A stretch of DNA of 42,357 bases from Firmicutes bacterium UBA5496 (GCA_002427015.1 DIPE01000027.1:1-42357), one strand, 5' to 3'; positions 9,815-20,067 are shown, counted from the first letter of the stretch. Program-made: numbers and translations. Notes: generated by a model not told the origin, from the letters alone.

Positions 9815-10076
9815 AAAAATCCCCATGCGCCAGTGCATTGCCTGTCGCACTCAGAGGCCTAAGCGGGAGCTGGTGCGGATTGTGCGCAACAACCAGGGTC
9901 AGCTGCTCCTTGATCATAAAGGCAAGCTGCCGGGCAGGGGCGCGTATCTCTGTGTCTCTGCCAACTGTTTGCACAGGGCCGTGAAGGAAAACCTCTTTGC
10001 CCGCCACCTGGATACTAAACCAGATGCTGCCTTGTTGGCAGAGTTGGAGAATTTGATTGGCGACAACCCGGATTAA
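9801..10076 (+). CDS. ylxR: YlxR (DUF448) RNA-binding protein
   Basis: MRQCIACR..PKRELVRIV..GRGAYLC motif. Canonical position directly after nusA, with a start overlapping the nusA end. Confidence 0.85.
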   Translation: MNKNKKIPMRQCIACRTQRPKRELVRIVRNNQGQLLLDHKGKLPGRGAYLCVSANCLHRAVKENLFARHLDTKPDAALLAELENLIGDNPD

Positions 10077-10395
10077 GAATCTGTTGGGGATTGCCCAAAG
10101 GGGAGGTTTTATCATCTCAGGCAGCAATCTGATTCTCCGGGAAGTGGCGCGGGCAAGGGATAAGAGTAAGGGGCTTGTCTTGATTGCTGCCGATGCCCAG
10201 ACACCAACTGGGGAGGATTTGGTTGCCGCCTGCCTTGGCAAGGGTTATGCTGTAATCAGAACTCCTTTGAGCAAGGTTGAATTGGGACTGGCTATTGGCA
10301 AAAGCCAGCGTGGCTATGTTATGATAAAAGATAAAGGAATTGCCAAACGTATTATCGCTTTACTTGAAGAAATGGAGGAGGCCGCCCATGACTAA
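10057..10395 (+). CDS. ylxQ: L7Ae/L30e-family ribosome-associated protein YlxQ
   Basis: [26 protein letters not shown] pattern and position between ylxR and infB. No ATG is available; TTG 10057 is assumed, so the start is uncertain. Confidence 0.78.
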   Translation: MATTRIKNLLGIAQRGGFIISGSNLILREVARARDKSKGLVLIAADAQTPTGEDLVAACLGKGYAVIRTPLSKVELGLAIGKSQRGYVMIKDKGIAKRIIALLEEMEEAAHD

Positions 10396-12412
10396 AATAA
10401 GAGTTTATGAATTGGCGCGGGAGCTGGAACTAGACAGCAAGGATATAGTTAAGGTTGCAACTGATTTGGGTTTTGAGGTCAAGAACCATATGAGCAACTT
10501 GGACTCAGGGCAGGTGCAGGCGGTGCGCAAAGCCCTGAAACAGCCTGCTGAAAAGACCCGGCCCGCCAAGCCCAAAACCAGCAAGCCTGCCCAGGCAAAG
10601 CAAGCTCCGAGTCCCAAGACTGCCAAAGTCAGGCTGGAAAAAGGCCCGGAACCGGAGCCCAAGCATCCGGTGCAGATTTCTGCAGCCGGCCACACTGTGG
10701 CTGAATTGGAGAAGCTTTTTAAGCTGCCTGCCACTCAGTTAATCAAGGCCTTGATGTCTTTAGGCGTCATGGCCAGCATAAATCAGCAGTTGGATGTAGA
10801 TACCGTAGAGATTTTAGCTGCCCAGGTGGGCATAGAAACAGAAGTTGAAAAAACTCCTGAAGAGTTGAAACAGCAGCGGTTTGCCGCAATGAAGACATCT
10901 CTTGCCGAGGATGCCGTCGAACGTTCCCCTGTGGTTACCGTTATGGGCCATGTGGACCACGGCAAGACCTCCCTGCTGGATTTCATTCGCAATGCCAATG
11001 TGACTGCAGGGGAGGCCGGAGGCATCACTCAGCATATCGGCGCTTACCAGGTAGTGCATAATGGCAAGACCATTGTCTTTTTGGACACCCCTGGCCATGA
11101 GGCTTTCACCGCCATGCGGGCAAGAGGCACCAAGATCACTGATATTGCCATTTTGGTGGTGGCCGCTGATGAAGGTGTCATGCCCCAGACCATTGAAGCT
11201 ATGAATCATGCCAAGGCAGCTGAAGTGCCGATTATAGTCGCTGTCAATAAAATGGATAAGCCCGGGGCCAATCCCGATAAAGTCAAACAACAGTTGGCCA
11301 ACCATGGCCTGGTGCCTGAGGAATGGGGAGGAGACACAATTTTTGCCGAAGTGTCAGCGACTGCAGGCGCCGGCATTGATAACCTCCTGGAAATGATCCT
11401 CTTAAGCGCGGAAATGATGGAGCTGAAAGCCTCACCCAACCGCTTGGCAGAAGGCACTGTTATTGAAGCCAAAGTTGACAAGGGGCGGGGATCTGTGGCT
11501 ACCATCCTCATTCAACAGGGGACCCTGAATGTTGGGGATTCCATTGTCTGCGGCTCTGCTTTTGGCAAAGTAAGGGCAATGTTTAACGACAGGGGACAGA
11601 GACTGCAAAGTTCAGGACCCTCGGTGCCGGTGGAAATATTGGGCCTGTCTGATGTGCCGCCGGCTGGGGAAATATTCCAGGCCGTGGCCGATGACAAGAC
11701 CGCTCGTACTGAGGCCCTTGACTACAGCCAGGAACAACGAGAAACCAGCATGGCAAGAACCCGGGTATCCCTGGAAGATATCTTTAAGCAGATGGAAATG
11801 GCCCAAGTCAAAGAGCTTAACCTCTTGTTAAAGAGCGATGTCCAGGGCACCACTGAAGCCATCAAGCAGTCTTTGAATAAAATCAAGGTTCAGGATATCA
11901 AGGTCAATATCATTCATGATGGGGTCGGCGGCATTAATCAGTCTGACGTTTCCCTGGCCTCTGCTTCGGGAGCGATTATCATCGGCTTTAACGTCCGGCC
12001 GGATACCCAGGCCCAGAAGCTTGCGGAAGAAGAAAATGTCGAAATCAGGCTCTACAGGGTAATCTACGATGTCATTGATGATGTGCGCCTGGCCCTGAAA
12101 GGCATGTTGGAACCGGAGCTTAAGGAAAAAGTGATGGGTCGGGTGGAAGTGCGCAGCACCTTCCGTCATTCCAAGCTGGGGACAATTGCCGGCTGCTATG
12201 TCCTGGACGGCAAAGTTACTAACCACGCTCTGGGCCGCCTGTTAAGAGACGGAGTCATCATTTATGAAGGCAAGCTGGCTTCTCTCAAACGCTTTAAAGA
12301 TGATGTCAAAGAAGTGAACAGCGGCTATGAATGCGGAATTATGCTGGAAAACTACAACGATATCAAGGAAGGCGACCAAATTGAAGCCTATGCTATGGTG
12401 GAGGATAAATAG
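10388..12412 (+). CDS. infB: Translation initiation factor IF-2
   Basis: ATG 10388 lies 7 nt after GGAGGAGG, giving [14 protein letters not shown]-domain motifs [20 protein letters not shown] and NKMD. The N-terminal linker is K/P/A-rich. Confidence 0.93.
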   Translation: MTKIRVYELARELELDSKDIVKVATDLGFEVKNHMSNLDSGQVQAVRKALKQPAEKTRPAKPKTSKPAQAKQAPSPKTAKVRLEKGPEPEPKHPVQISAAGHTVAELEKLFKLPATQLIKALMSLGVMASINQQLDVDTVEILAAQVGIETEVEKTPEELKQQRFAAMKTSLAEDAVERSPVVTVMGHVDHGKTSLLDFIRNANVTAGEAGGITQHIGAYQVVHNGKTIVFLDTPGHEAFTAMRARGTKITDIAILVVAADEGVMPQTIEAMNHAKAAEVPIIVAVNKMDKPGANPDKVKQQLANHGLVPEEWGGDTIFAEVSATAGAGIDNLLEMILLSAEMMELKASPNRLAEGTVIEAKVDKGRGSVATILIQQGTLNVGDSIVCGSAFGKVRAMFNDRGQRLQSSGPSVPVEILGLSDVPPAGEIFQAVADDKTARTEALDYSQEQRETSMARTRVSLEDIFKQMEMAQVKELNLLLKSDVQGTTEAIKQSLNKIKVQDIKVNIIHDGVGGINQSDVSLASASGAIIIGFNVRPDTQAQKLAEEENVEIRLYRVIYDVIDDVRLALKGMLEPELKEKVMGRVEVRSTFRHSKLGTIAGCYVLDGKVTNHALGRLLRDGVIIYEGKLASLKRFKDDVKEVNSGYECGIMLENYNDIKEGDQIEAYAMVEDK

Positions 12413-12781
12413 ATGAGCGGCACCAGGGCAAAAAAAATGGCCGAGGCAATTAAAGAAGAGGTCAGCGATATCATCAGGGCAAAGCTCAAAGACCCCAGGG
12501 TGGGATTTACCACAGTCACCGCCGTGGAGACTAGCAAGGATATTCATTATGTCACTGTCTATGTCAGCATACTGGGCGATGAAAACCAGCAGAAAGAAAC
12601 TATGGAGACCCTGAAAAACGCCGCTGGCTTTATTCGCACCGAACTGGGAACGCGGATTCGCATTCGCCATGTGCCTGAATTGCGCTTCGTCCAGGATCGG
12701 GCCATGGAGCACCATGCCCAAATTAACGCGCTGCTCAAGCAAATCAATGAGGAAAATGCCCGTGGCGACAAAAAATACTGA
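12413..12781 (+). CDS. rbfA: Ribosome-binding factor A
   Basis: 122-aa product with DPRVGFTTVTAVETSKDIHYVTVYVS and IRHVPELRF motifs. It lies directly after infB. Confidence 0.92.
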   Translation: MSGTRAKKMAEAIKEEVSDIIRAKLKDPRVGFTTVTAVETSKDIHYVTVYVSILGDENQQKETMETLKNAAGFIRTELGTRIRIRHVPELRFVQDRAMEHHAQINALLKQINEENARGDKKY

Positions 12782-13733
12782 ACTGGCCCTTATCCGCCAT
12801 GCTCTTCTTGGAGCCAGAGAACCTGTTTTTATCCTTTCTCACCCCTTTCCAGACGGGGACAGCATTGGTTCCACTTTTGGGGTGTACGGAATTTTGACAG
12901 CTGCCGGCATCCAAGCGCAACCAGTGCTTGACACTTTGCCCAGAGTCTATGAATTTTTGGCGGGGGACAGCAAAATCATCCAACCCCCCGCCGATCTCAG
13001 GGGGAAAATCGCCCTGGTGCTGGATTGCGGCGATCTCTCCCGCCTCCAGGAGGCAGGGCACTCTCTGGAGGGGGCCGTCAAGGTAATAAATATCGACCAC
13101 CATTTACATAATGATTATTTTGGCGATCTCAATTATGTGGACAGCAAGGCGGCGGCGGTTGGCGAAATCATCCACGAAATCTTCAGGGATTTTCCCCAAT
13201 ACTATACCCCCAGAACTGCAGAGGCCTTGTATACAGCTTTGGTTACCGACACCGGCCGCTTCAGCTACAGCAATACCACCGCAAGGGTTATGCGGACGGC
13301 AGCGGCTTTGGTGGAAATGGGAGCCTGTCCCCAGAAGGTTTACAACCATCTCTATCAGAACAGGTCTCAAAACTACTTAGCTTTCCTCTCCCAAGCCCTG
13401 TCCCGCATTGAACTGCATTTTTCCGGCAGGGTGGCTTTATTGCCCTTGGAGAGGAGCCTCTTAACCCGTCATAACCTTGAGGACTGGGAGTTGGATGAAA
13501 TCAACGATTATCCCCGGAGCCTAACTGGCGTCTCGGTATCAATAGTCCTCAGGGAAACCGAAGAAGGAATAACAAAGGCCAGCTTGCGTTCAAAGGGCTG
13601 GAATGTGGCGGCAATTGCCCGGGCCTTTGGCGGCGGCGGCCACAATAATGCTGCCGGCGCCACTTTGCCCATGTCCCTCTCAGAGGCCAGGAACAAGCTG
13701 CTAAAATATCTTGAACAGGAGACGGACTTGTGA
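12756..13733 (+). CDS. nrnA: DHH/DHHA1 phosphoesterase (oligoribonuclease/pAp phosphatase NrnA-like)
   Basis: DHH motifs HPFPDGDSIGS, VLDCGD and INIDHH, plus DHHA1 FGGGGH. The start is uncertain (ATG 12756 or GTG 12762); the listed 12669 start lies deep inside rbfA. Confidence 0.85.
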   Translation: MPVATKNTELALIRHALLGAREPVFILSHPFPDGDSIGSTFGVYGILTAAGIQAQPVLDTLPRVYEFLAGDSKIIQPPADLRGKIALVLDCGDLSRLQEAGHSLEGAVKVINIDHHLHNDYFGDLNYVDSKAAAVGEIIHEIFRDFPQYYTPRTAEALYTALVTDTGRFSYSNTTARVMRTAAALVEMGACPQKVYNHLYQNRSQNYLAFLSQALSRIELHFSGRVALLPLERSLLTRHNLEDWELDEINDYPRSLTGVSVSIVLRETEEGITKASLRSKGWNVAAIARAFGGGGHNNAAGATLPMSLSEARNKLLKYLEQETDL

Positions 13734-14614
13734 GCATCAACGGCTTTATTCCCCTGAACAAACCATTGGGACTAAGCTCCCAGCAAGCTGTGTCCCGAGT
13801 CAAGAAAATCACGGGCAGCAAGAGGGCAGGACATACTGGGACACTGGATCCCCTTGCTACCGGCCTGTTACTGGTGGCAATGGGAAAGGCCACACGTCTC
13901 TGCCAGTATTTTCTCGACGGCGACAAGGGTTATAGGGCGGAAATTCAATTTGGCTCTGCCACCGACACCGGCGACCGCGAAGGCCGGGTTATCGATACTG
14001 CCGCGGATTTTTATTTCAGCCGTGAGGAAATCGCGGCGGCTTTGGCAAAGTTTCAGGGCTTGATCCAACAACGGCCCCCCGCGGCATCGGCGCTGAAAAT
14101 CAACGGCCAAAGGGCTTTTACGCTTTTTCGCCAGGGATTGGCGCCGGAAATGCCTATGCGCCAGGTAGAGATTAAATCCCTGCGCAACCTTTGCCCGGCA
14201 GATATTTCGGAGCAAAATCCCATACTGACCTTGGATGTGCTCTGCAGCAAGGGCACCTATATTCGCAGTCTGGCCAGAGATATTGGCGCCGCCTTGGGCT
14301 GCCCCGCTCATCTTGCGGGACTTGTCCGCACCCGCATTTCTCAGATTACACTCAGTCAGGCTGCAACTTTCGCCGATTTAGAAGAGGATTATCAACCTTG
14401 GCTGCAGGATATGGCTGTGGCCGTTAAAAAAATGCCGAAACTGCAGGTAGAGGGCAGAGAGCGCACATTCTTTCTGCAGGGCCGGGAACTGACCGCCACA
14501 GGCTTTGCAGGCGAAATTGCGGTTTTTTCGGGACCCAGGCTCCTAGGCATTGCCCAGGCCTCGGAGCATATTATTAAACCTGTTAAGGTGCTAGTACAGG
14601 AGCAAGAACTGTGA
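13730..14614 (+). CDS. truB: tRNA pseudouridine-55 synthase
   Basis: GTGA overlap with the nrnA stop. Catalytic motif GHTGTLDPLATGLL, plus KGTYIRSLARD. Confidence 0.92.
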   Translation: MSINGFIPLNKPLGLSSQQAVSRVKKITGSKRAGHTGTLDPLATGLLLVAMGKATRLCQYFLDGDKGYRAEIQFGSATDTGDREGRVIDTAADFYFSREEIAAALAKFQGLIQQRPPAASALKINGQRAFTLFRQGLAPEMPMRQVEIKSLRNLCPADISEQNPILTLDVLCSKGTYIRSLARDIGAALGCPAHLAGLVRTRISQITLSQAATFADLEEDYQPWLQDMAVAVKKMPKLQVEGRERTFFLQGRELTATGFAGEIAVFSGPRLLGIAQASEHIIKPVKVLVQEQEL

Positions 14615-15552
14615 AAATATATTTTGATTATAAAAAGATATCCCTGGATGGGTCTGTAGTCACCTTGGGAAACTTTGACGGTTTTCATTTGGGACATCAG
14701 CGCATACTCAGGGATACTGTCGCGAAGTCTAATACTTTGGGTCTGCCTTCATTGGTCATGACCTTTCATCCCCATCCCCGCCGGCTTTTCGGGGCTGATT
14801 TGCCAATTATTACCTCACTGGGTCAGAAACTGAGTTTGCTGAAAAAAGCAGGGGCCAGCATCGCTTTGGTCCAGCCTTTTACGAAAGCTTTTGCCGCCAC
14901 TCCCCCTGAGAGCTTTATTCAGGATATCCTGGTAACTGCCCTGGGTTGCCGCCATGTAGTGGTAGGTTATGATTATTCCTTTGGCCGAGCTGGCGCCGGC
15001 GACACCTCCTTGATTCAGCAGCTGACGGCCAGCCTGGGAATTGGCTGTGACATTATTCCCCCGGTCAGGTGTGGGGAAGAGGTAATCAGCAGCTCCGCCA
15101 TCCGCCGTTATTTGGCTGCCGGCAATGTTGAAATGGCTGCAAAATATATGGGCAGGCCCTTTGTTGTCAGAGGCCGGGTAGCTTCGGGCGCAGGCCGGGG
15201 CAAGTCCCTGGGCTTTCCCACTGCTAATTTATATCCTGCTTCTTCTGCTGCCCTGCCTGCCTTTGGCGTCTACTTGGTCAGCGTGTCCACCCCCCGCGGC
15301 CGCTACTGGGGAGTAGCCAATCTGGGCAGCCACCCCACTTTTCCCGGCGGAAAAATTTCTTTGGAAGTCTTCCTCTTTGAGTTTGAGGAAGATTTATATG
15401 GATCCATGCTTGCGGTCAGCTTTTTAAGGCTCCTGCGGACTGAGCGCAAATTCCCCGATGCCAGCAGTCTCAGGCGCCAGCAGCAGCAAGACGTAAAACT
15501 GGCAAAAACTTTACTTGCCCGGGGCAATATGCTAAGATTAGAAAGGATTTAA
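14611..15552 (+). CDS. ribF: Bifunctional riboflavin kinase / FMN adenylyltransferase
   Basis: GTGA overlap with the truB stop. Motifs LGNFDGFHLGHQ (nucleotidyltransferase), GRGKSLGFPTANL and THPTF (kinase). Confidence 0.92.
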   Translation: MKIYFDYKKISLDGSVVTLGNFDGFHLGHQRILRDTVAKSNTLGLPSLVMTFHPHPRRLFGADLPIITSLGQKLSLLKKAGASIALVQPFTKAFAATPPESFIQDILVTALGCRHVVVGYDYSFGRAGAGDTSLIQQLTASLGIGCDIIPPVRCGEEVISSSAIRRYLAAGNVEMAAKYMGRPFVVRGRVASGAGRGKSLGFPTANLYPASSAALPAFGVYLVSVSTPRGRYWGVANLGSHPTFPGGKISLEVFLFEFEEDLYGSMLAVSFLRLLRTERKFPDASSLRRQQQQDVKLAKTLLARGNMLRLERI

Positions 15553-15629
15553 ACCATACGCTCTGATTGCCGCTTACTCCGGCGGTTTTCTGGGCTATTG
15601 GCGTTTCTAGATAAAGGGAGGTGAACCAC

Positions 15630-15899
15630 ATGACCATGACTCGGGAACAAAAGAACGAAATTATTGATCAGTTTAAGGCCCATGAAAAGGATACCGGTTC
15701 CTCGGAAGTCCAGATTGCCTTGCTCACCAACAGGATCAATCATCTGACTGAGCATCTCAAAACCCATAAAAATGACCATCATTCCCGGCGCGGGCTCATG
15801 AAAATGGTCGGCCGCAGGCGCAGACTGCTTGATTATCTCAAGCAAGTTGACATCAACCGCTACCGGGCCATTTTGGAAAAACTTAATTTACGTAAGTAA
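15630..15899 (+). CDS. rpsO: 30S ribosomal protein S15
   Basis: ATG 15630 lies 8 nt after AAGGGAGG. The 89-aa product contains [34 protein letters not shown]. Confidence 0.93.
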   Translation: MTMTREQKNEIIDQFKAHEKDTGSSEVQIALLTNRINHLTEHLKTHKNDHHSRRGLMKMVGRRRRLLDYLKQVDINRYRAILEKLNLRK

Positions 15900-15923
15900 A
15901 AGCGGGGACTCCCGCTTTTATTT
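15898..15923 (+). terminator. Rho-independent terminator after rpsO
   Basis: aaaagcggg pairs with cccgctttt across the loop gact, followed by a T-rich tail. Confidence 0.7.
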
Positions 15924-15950
15924 AAATGAATTTTGAAAGGAGGAAAATTA

Positions 15951-18074
15951 ATGGACTATAGTTATAACATGTCCGGGAGAAAATTTACCGTCGAAACTGG
16001 CAAGTTTGCTAAACAGGCCAATGGTTCAGTCCTGGTCCGTTACGGTGAGACAGTATTGCTGGTTACAGCCACTGCCTCCCGGGAACCCAGGGAAGGAATC
16101 GATTTTTTCCCTCTTACCGTTGACTATGAGGAAAGAATGTACTCCGTAGGCAAAATACCCGGAGGTTTTATTAAGCGGGAAGGCCGCCCTACAGAAAAAG
16201 CTATCTTGGCGGCCAGGCTTACAGACCGCCCCTTGCGCCCCTTGTTTCCAAAGGGCTTCCGCAACGCTGTCCATATCGTTTCCACGGTAATGTCAATGGA
16301 TCAGGATAACCCGCCGGAAATAGCCAGCATCAATGGCGCCTCTTTGGCCCTGTCCATTTCCGACATTCCCTTTGCCGGACCGGTGGCAGCGGTAATGATC
16401 GGCTATGTGGACGGCAAGCTGGTGGTCAACCCCGATATGGAGCAGCGGGAAAATAGCGATTTGCACCTGACTGTAGCAGGCACCCGGGACGCAATAATGA
16501 TGGTGGAGTCCGGGGCCAATGAAATTGACAAAGAAATTATCATCGACGCCCTGCTGCTGGCCCATGAAGAAATTAAATCTCTGGTGGCCTTCCAGGAGGA
16601 AATCGTCAAAGAGATTGGCAAGGAAAAGATGGTGGTGCAGTCTAACCCAGTGCCGGCGGAAATGGAGGAAGAGGTCAGGGATTTCGCTGCTGCAAGTATC
16701 AACGAAGCCCTCACCATCTCTGAAAAACTGGCGCGGGAAGCGAGAATCGATGAAATTCTTGCCGACTGGCTGGCCAAGTTTGAAGAAGCGCCTGAATCCG
16801 CAGGGCATGCCAAAGAAGCCTTTAATAACCTCTTGAAAAAGCTGGTGCGTTCAAGAATTCTAGACCATGACCTGCGTCCGGATGGCCGCAAACATAATGA
16901 AATCCGTCCAATTACCTGCGAGGTGGGCTTATTGCCGAGAATCCACGGTTCGGCGCTCTTTACCAGGGGGCAGACTCAGGTAATGAATGCATGCACTTTG
17001 GGAGTTCCAGGCGATGTGCAGATCTTGGATGGTCTCACTTTGGAAGAATCCAAGCGCTTTATGCATCATTACAATTTCCCCCCGTACAGCGTGGGCGAAC
17101 CTGGGTTTATGCGGGGTCCCGGACGCCGGGAAATCGGGCATGGGGCATTGGCTGAACGTGCTCTCATGCGCATGATTCCTCCGGAAGAAGAGTTTCCCTA
17201 CACCATCCGTGTGGTTTCCGAAGTTTTGGAGTCCAACGGTTCATCATCCATGGGCAGCGTTTGTTCAGCCTCTATGGCTTTGATGGATGCAGGGGTTCCT
17301 GTTCGGGCAGCTGTAGGCGGAATTGCCATGGGCCTGATAAAAGAGGAAGCGCGCTATGCCATCCTTACTGACATCCAAGGCATGGAAGACTTTCTCGGGG
17401 ATATGGACTTTAAAGTTGCCGGCACCCGCAATGGCATCACCGCCCTGCAGATGGATATCAAAGTTCACGGCTTAAACCGGGAGATTCTGTCTGCGGCTTT
17501 GGATCAGGCTGTGGCCGGGTACAATTTCATCCTAGATAAAATGGAGGCAGCTATCCCCAGCCCCCGCGCCGATCTTTCTCCCTACGCTCCACGCATAGTG
17601 GTGCTGAAAATCGCCGTGGACAAAATTCGGGAAGTCATTGGGCCTGGTGGCAAGATGGTCAATAAGATCATCGATGAAACCGGGGTCAAGATTGATATTG
17701 AAGATGACGGCACGATTTATATCGCTTCCCCAGATGGCGAAGCCGCCGCCCAGGCAAAGAAGATTATTGAAGACCTTGTGCGGGAAGTGGAAGTCGGCGA
17801 GATCTACATGGGCACAGTGGTCCGGGTAGAGAGCTATGGCGCTTTTGTCGAGCTCTTGCCTGGCAAAGACGGCTTAGTCCACATTTCTCAGCTAGACCGC
17901 AAGCGGGTAGCCAAAACCGAAGATGTAGTCAAAGTCGGGGATTCAATTGAAGTTAAGGTTATCGGCATTGACGAGAAGGGCAGGGTCAAATTGTCCCATA
18001 AGGTTTTGCTGCCGCCTGATCCCGATGAGGAAGAAAATTCTGAGGAAGAAAAAAAGCGCAGAAGACCAAGGTAA
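15951..18074 (+). CDS. pnp: Polynucleotide phosphorylase
   Basis: ATG 15951 follows AAGGAGG. It has two RNase PH domains ([17 protein letters not shown]), a KH domain ([10 protein letters not shown]) and an S1 domain ([19 protein letters not shown]), plus an acidic/basic tail. Confidence 0.93.
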   Translation: MDYSYNMSGRKFTVETGKFAKQANGSVLVRYGETVLLVTATASREPREGIDFFPLTVDYEERMYSVGKIPGGFIKREGRPTEKAILAARLTDRPLRPLFPKGFRNAVHIVSTVMSMDQDNPPEIASINGASLALSISDIPFAGPVAAVMIGYVDGKLVVNPDMEQRENSDLHLTVAGTRDAIMMVESGANEIDKEIIIDALLLAHEEIKSLVAFQEEIVKEIGKEKMVVQSNPVPAEMEEEVRDFAAASINEALTISEKLAREARIDEILADWLAKFEEAPESAGHAKEAFNNLLKKLVRSRILDHDLRPDGRKHNEIRPITCEVGLLPRIHGSALFTRGQTQVMNACTLGVPGDVQILDGLTLEESKRFMHHYNFPPYSVGEPGFMRGPGRREIGHGALAERALMRMIPPEEEFPYTIRVVSEVLESNGSSSMGSVCSASMALMDAGVPVRAAVGGIAMGLIKEEARYAILTDIQGMEDFLGDMDFKVAGTRNGITALQMDIKVHGLNREILSAALDQAVAGYNFILDKMEAAIPSPRADLSPYAPRIVVLKIAVDKIREVIGPGGKMVNKIIDETGVKIDIEDDGTIYIASPDGEAAAQAKKIIEDLVREVEVGEIYMGTVVRVESYGAFVELLPGKDGLVHISQLDRKRVAKTEDVVKVGDSIEVKVIGIDEKGRVKLSHKVLLPPDPDEEENSEEEKKRRRPR

Positions 18075-18080
18075 AAAAAA

Positions 18081-18104
18081 AGCATCTGAAAAGGATGCTT
18101 TTTA
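18081..18104 (+). terminator. Rho-independent terminator after pnp
   Basis: agcatc (18081-86) pairs with gatgct (18094-99). An A9 run precedes it and TTTTT follows. Confidence 0.75.
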
Positions 18105-18161
18105 TTATTCCTAGTCATACTTCCAAGGCAAGGGGGGTAATTATAAACGGGAGGGTAAGCA

Positions 18162-19181
18162 ATGAGAATATTTTGGGTAGTAAAAGCGAAAACCGTTGTC
18201 TTTTGCCTGGTAGCATGTTTCGCTCTGCTGCTGGTAGTATATTCGCTCAATTATGCTGCCGGGGAAGTTTTTTCCCGCAAACCAAAATATGTAGTCTTTT
18301 TGGGTCATGAACTTGACCCCCGGGCTGCAGATGTGCACCAACAGGTGGCGAGACTGACCCAAAGCCTGTCCCAGCAGCCTGTGGCCGCCCAGTATGACAA
18401 TGTAAACAAAGCGGTGATTCCCGAAGTAAATGGCTTTGAGATTGATGTTGAAGGCAGCGTCGCTGCTGTCAAAGGGGCGAAAAAAGGAGCAGTAGTCCAG
18501 CCTGTGTGGCAGGAAATTGAGCCAGATATGAAATTAAGGGATTTTGCCCTATTTCCGGTCTACCAGGGAAATCCCCTGAAAAATCAAGTAGCCTTGGTCA
18601 TAAACGTTTCCTGGGGCAATGAGTATTTGGAAGAGATGCTGACTATTTTAGAGACAAATGCTGTTCCCGCCAGCTTTTTTTTGGTGGGCCGCTGGGCAAA
18701 AGAAAACCCCGAACTGGTGAAAAAAATCCAGGAGCTGGGCATGGATTTTGGCAATCACGGCTATTCTGACCCCCATATGCAGGAGATGAGTCCTGAGGCG
18801 ATAAAAGAGGAAATCATCAAGACCAGCCAGGCGGTGGAAGAACTAACGGGAATAAAAGTGCAGTGGTTTAGCCCTCCCTATGGGGAAAAGGCGGAGAAAA
18901 TATATGCCGCCGCTGCTGATTTAGGGCTGCATACTGTGCTCTGGTCTTTGGATACAATCGACTGGACCTTGCCGGGGGAGGAGGTAATCGTGGGGCGGAT
19001 TGTGGAGCATCTGCACAATGGCGCCATTATCCTCATGCACCCAACCGAACAGACCCCGGGGGCCCTGGAGGCTATCATTGCAGGCGTCCGCCAAAAGAAT
19101 CTGGAGTTTGTCACCGTCAGCCAGCTCCTCAATCCAAGTTACTGGCCCCAGAAATACAGTGCGCTGTGGGCGGGGAATTAG
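18162..19181 (+). CDS. ylxY: Sporulation-type polysaccharide deacetylase (NodB homology), YlxY-like
   Basis: N-terminal signal anchor and a NodB-type domain (FFLVGRW, NHGYSDPH, ILMHP). The first motif reads NVSWG. It sits after pnp, as ylxY does in B. subtilis. Confidence 0.8.
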   Translation: MRIFWVVKAKTVVFCLVACFALLLVVYSLNYAAGEVFSRKPKYVVFLGHELDPRAADVHQQVARLTQSLSQQPVAAQYDNVNKAVIPEVNGFEIDVEGSVAAVKGAKKGAVVQPVWQEIEPDMKLRDFALFPVYQGNPLKNQVALVINVSWGNEYLEEMLTILETNAVPASFFLVGRWAKENPELVKKIQELGMDFGNHGYSDPHMQEMSPEAIKEEIIKTSQAVEELTGIKVQWFSPPYGEKAEKIYAAAADLGLHTVLWSLDTIDWTLPGEEVIVGRIVEHLHNGAIILMHPTEQTPGALEAIIAGVRQKNLEFVTVSQLLNPSYWPQKYSALWAGN

Positions 19182-19442
19182 ATGGAAGTGGTCAGATTCT
19201 CCGATCTTGCCGCCAAGGAAGTGATAAACTTCGGCGATGGCAAATGCCTGGGGCATTTTTCTGACTGTGACCTGAGAATCGACCCGGACACAGGCAAAAT
19301 AAAAGAGGTTATTTTGGCGGGTCGTTCAGGCTTTTTTAGCTCTTTCTTTGCGAATTCGCCGATTTATGTCATTCCCTGGCAGGCAATTATCCGCGTAGGC
19401 ATTGACACCATCATTGTCTCCATCCCAGGAAAGAATGAATAA
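19182..19442 (+). CDS. ymxH: YlmC/YmxH-family (PRC-barrel) sporulation protein
   Basis: 86-aa product with RFSDLAAKEVINFGDGKCLG..IPWQAIIRVGIDTIIV, typical of YmxH. The ATG abuts the ylxY stop. Confidence 0.8.
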   Translation: MEVVRFSDLAAKEVINFGDGKCLGHFSDCDLRIDPDTGKIKEVILAGRSGFFSSFFANSPIYVIPWQAIIRVGIDTIIVSIPGKNE

Positions 19443-19495
19443 TATACCCTGCTCCCAGGGGAATAATAAACGTAGTACTATAGGGAGGTAGATTG

Positions 19496-19978
19496 ATGGA
19501 AAAAACAGTAATCGCCTATTATAATTCCCGGGCAGATGCGGAAAAAAGCGTCCGGCAACTGCGGGAAAGGGGGTTTGGCGATAACGAAATTTCTATTCTG
19601 GCCAGGGACCAAGAACAGAGCCGTTCCCAGGATGAGGAAATGAGCTTTCAGAACCAAAATCTTACGGACGGCACCATGACCGGCGGCGCTCTTGGCGGTT
19701 TAGCCGGCTTGGCAATGGGGGCAGGGGCTCTCTTGATTCCAGGGTTTGGGCCAATTGTAGCCGCAGGTCCCCTGGCAGGAGTGCTCACCGGGGCGCTTAC
19801 CGGCGGAGTGGCCGGGGGGCTGGTGGATTACGGCATTCCCGAAGAAAGCAGCAGAAGGTACCAACAGCATTTAGAATCAGGCAAGGTGCTGGCGATAATT
19901 AAGACTGAAGCCGATAAAGCCATGGAAGCCATGAAAATTATGGATCGGACCGGCGGGCGCGACATCGAGATGCATTAA
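19496..19978 (+). CDS. General-stress-type protein with a glycine-zipper membrane segment
   Basis: ATG lies 7 nt after GGAGG. N-terminal domain YYNSRADAEKSVRQLRERGFGDNEISI, a central Gly-rich zipper (GGALGGLAGLAMGAGALLIPGFGPIVAAGPLAGVLTGALTGGVAGG), and a C-terminal YGIPEE..Y..HLESGKVL repeat of the N-terminal fold. Confidence 0.6.
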   Translation: MEKTVIAYYNSRADAEKSVRQLRERGFGDNEISILARDQEQSRSQDEEMSFQNQNLTDGTMTGGALGGLAGLAMGAGALLIPGFGPIVAAGPLAGVLTGALTGGVAGGLVDYGIPEESSRRYQQHLESGKVLAIIKTEADKAMEAMKIMDRTGGRDIEMH

Positions 19979-19989
19979 AAAATCCCCTG

Positions 19990-20027
19990 GGGCAGCGGGC
20001 AAAACAGGACCGCTGCCCTTGTCTTTT
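19990..20027 (+). terminator. Rho-independent terminator after the stress-protein gene
   Basis: gggcagcgg (19990-98) pairs with ccgctgccc (20010-18): 9 bp, 11-nt loop, tail ttgtctttt. Confidence 0.6.
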
Positions 20028-20037
20028 GCATATTGTA
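20009..20037 (+). promoter_or_regulatory. Candidate mother-cell sigma (sigK/sigE-type) promoter for dpaAB
   Basis: CATAttgTA (20029-37) fits the sigK -10 consensus CATA-N3-TA. An AC dinucleotide lies 18 nt upstream (20009-10). The element is about 30 nt upstream of the dpaA ATG. Confidence 0.35.
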
Positions 20038-20067
20038 TTAAGGAAAGGGCAAGGAGGAGGAAGATTC

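Noticed and set aside
18105-18161. sigE-type promoter (CATACTTC at 18116-18123) upstream of ylxY
   Set aside because: It matches only the CATAC part of CATACAnT and has no convincing -35. That is too weak to call from sequence alone.
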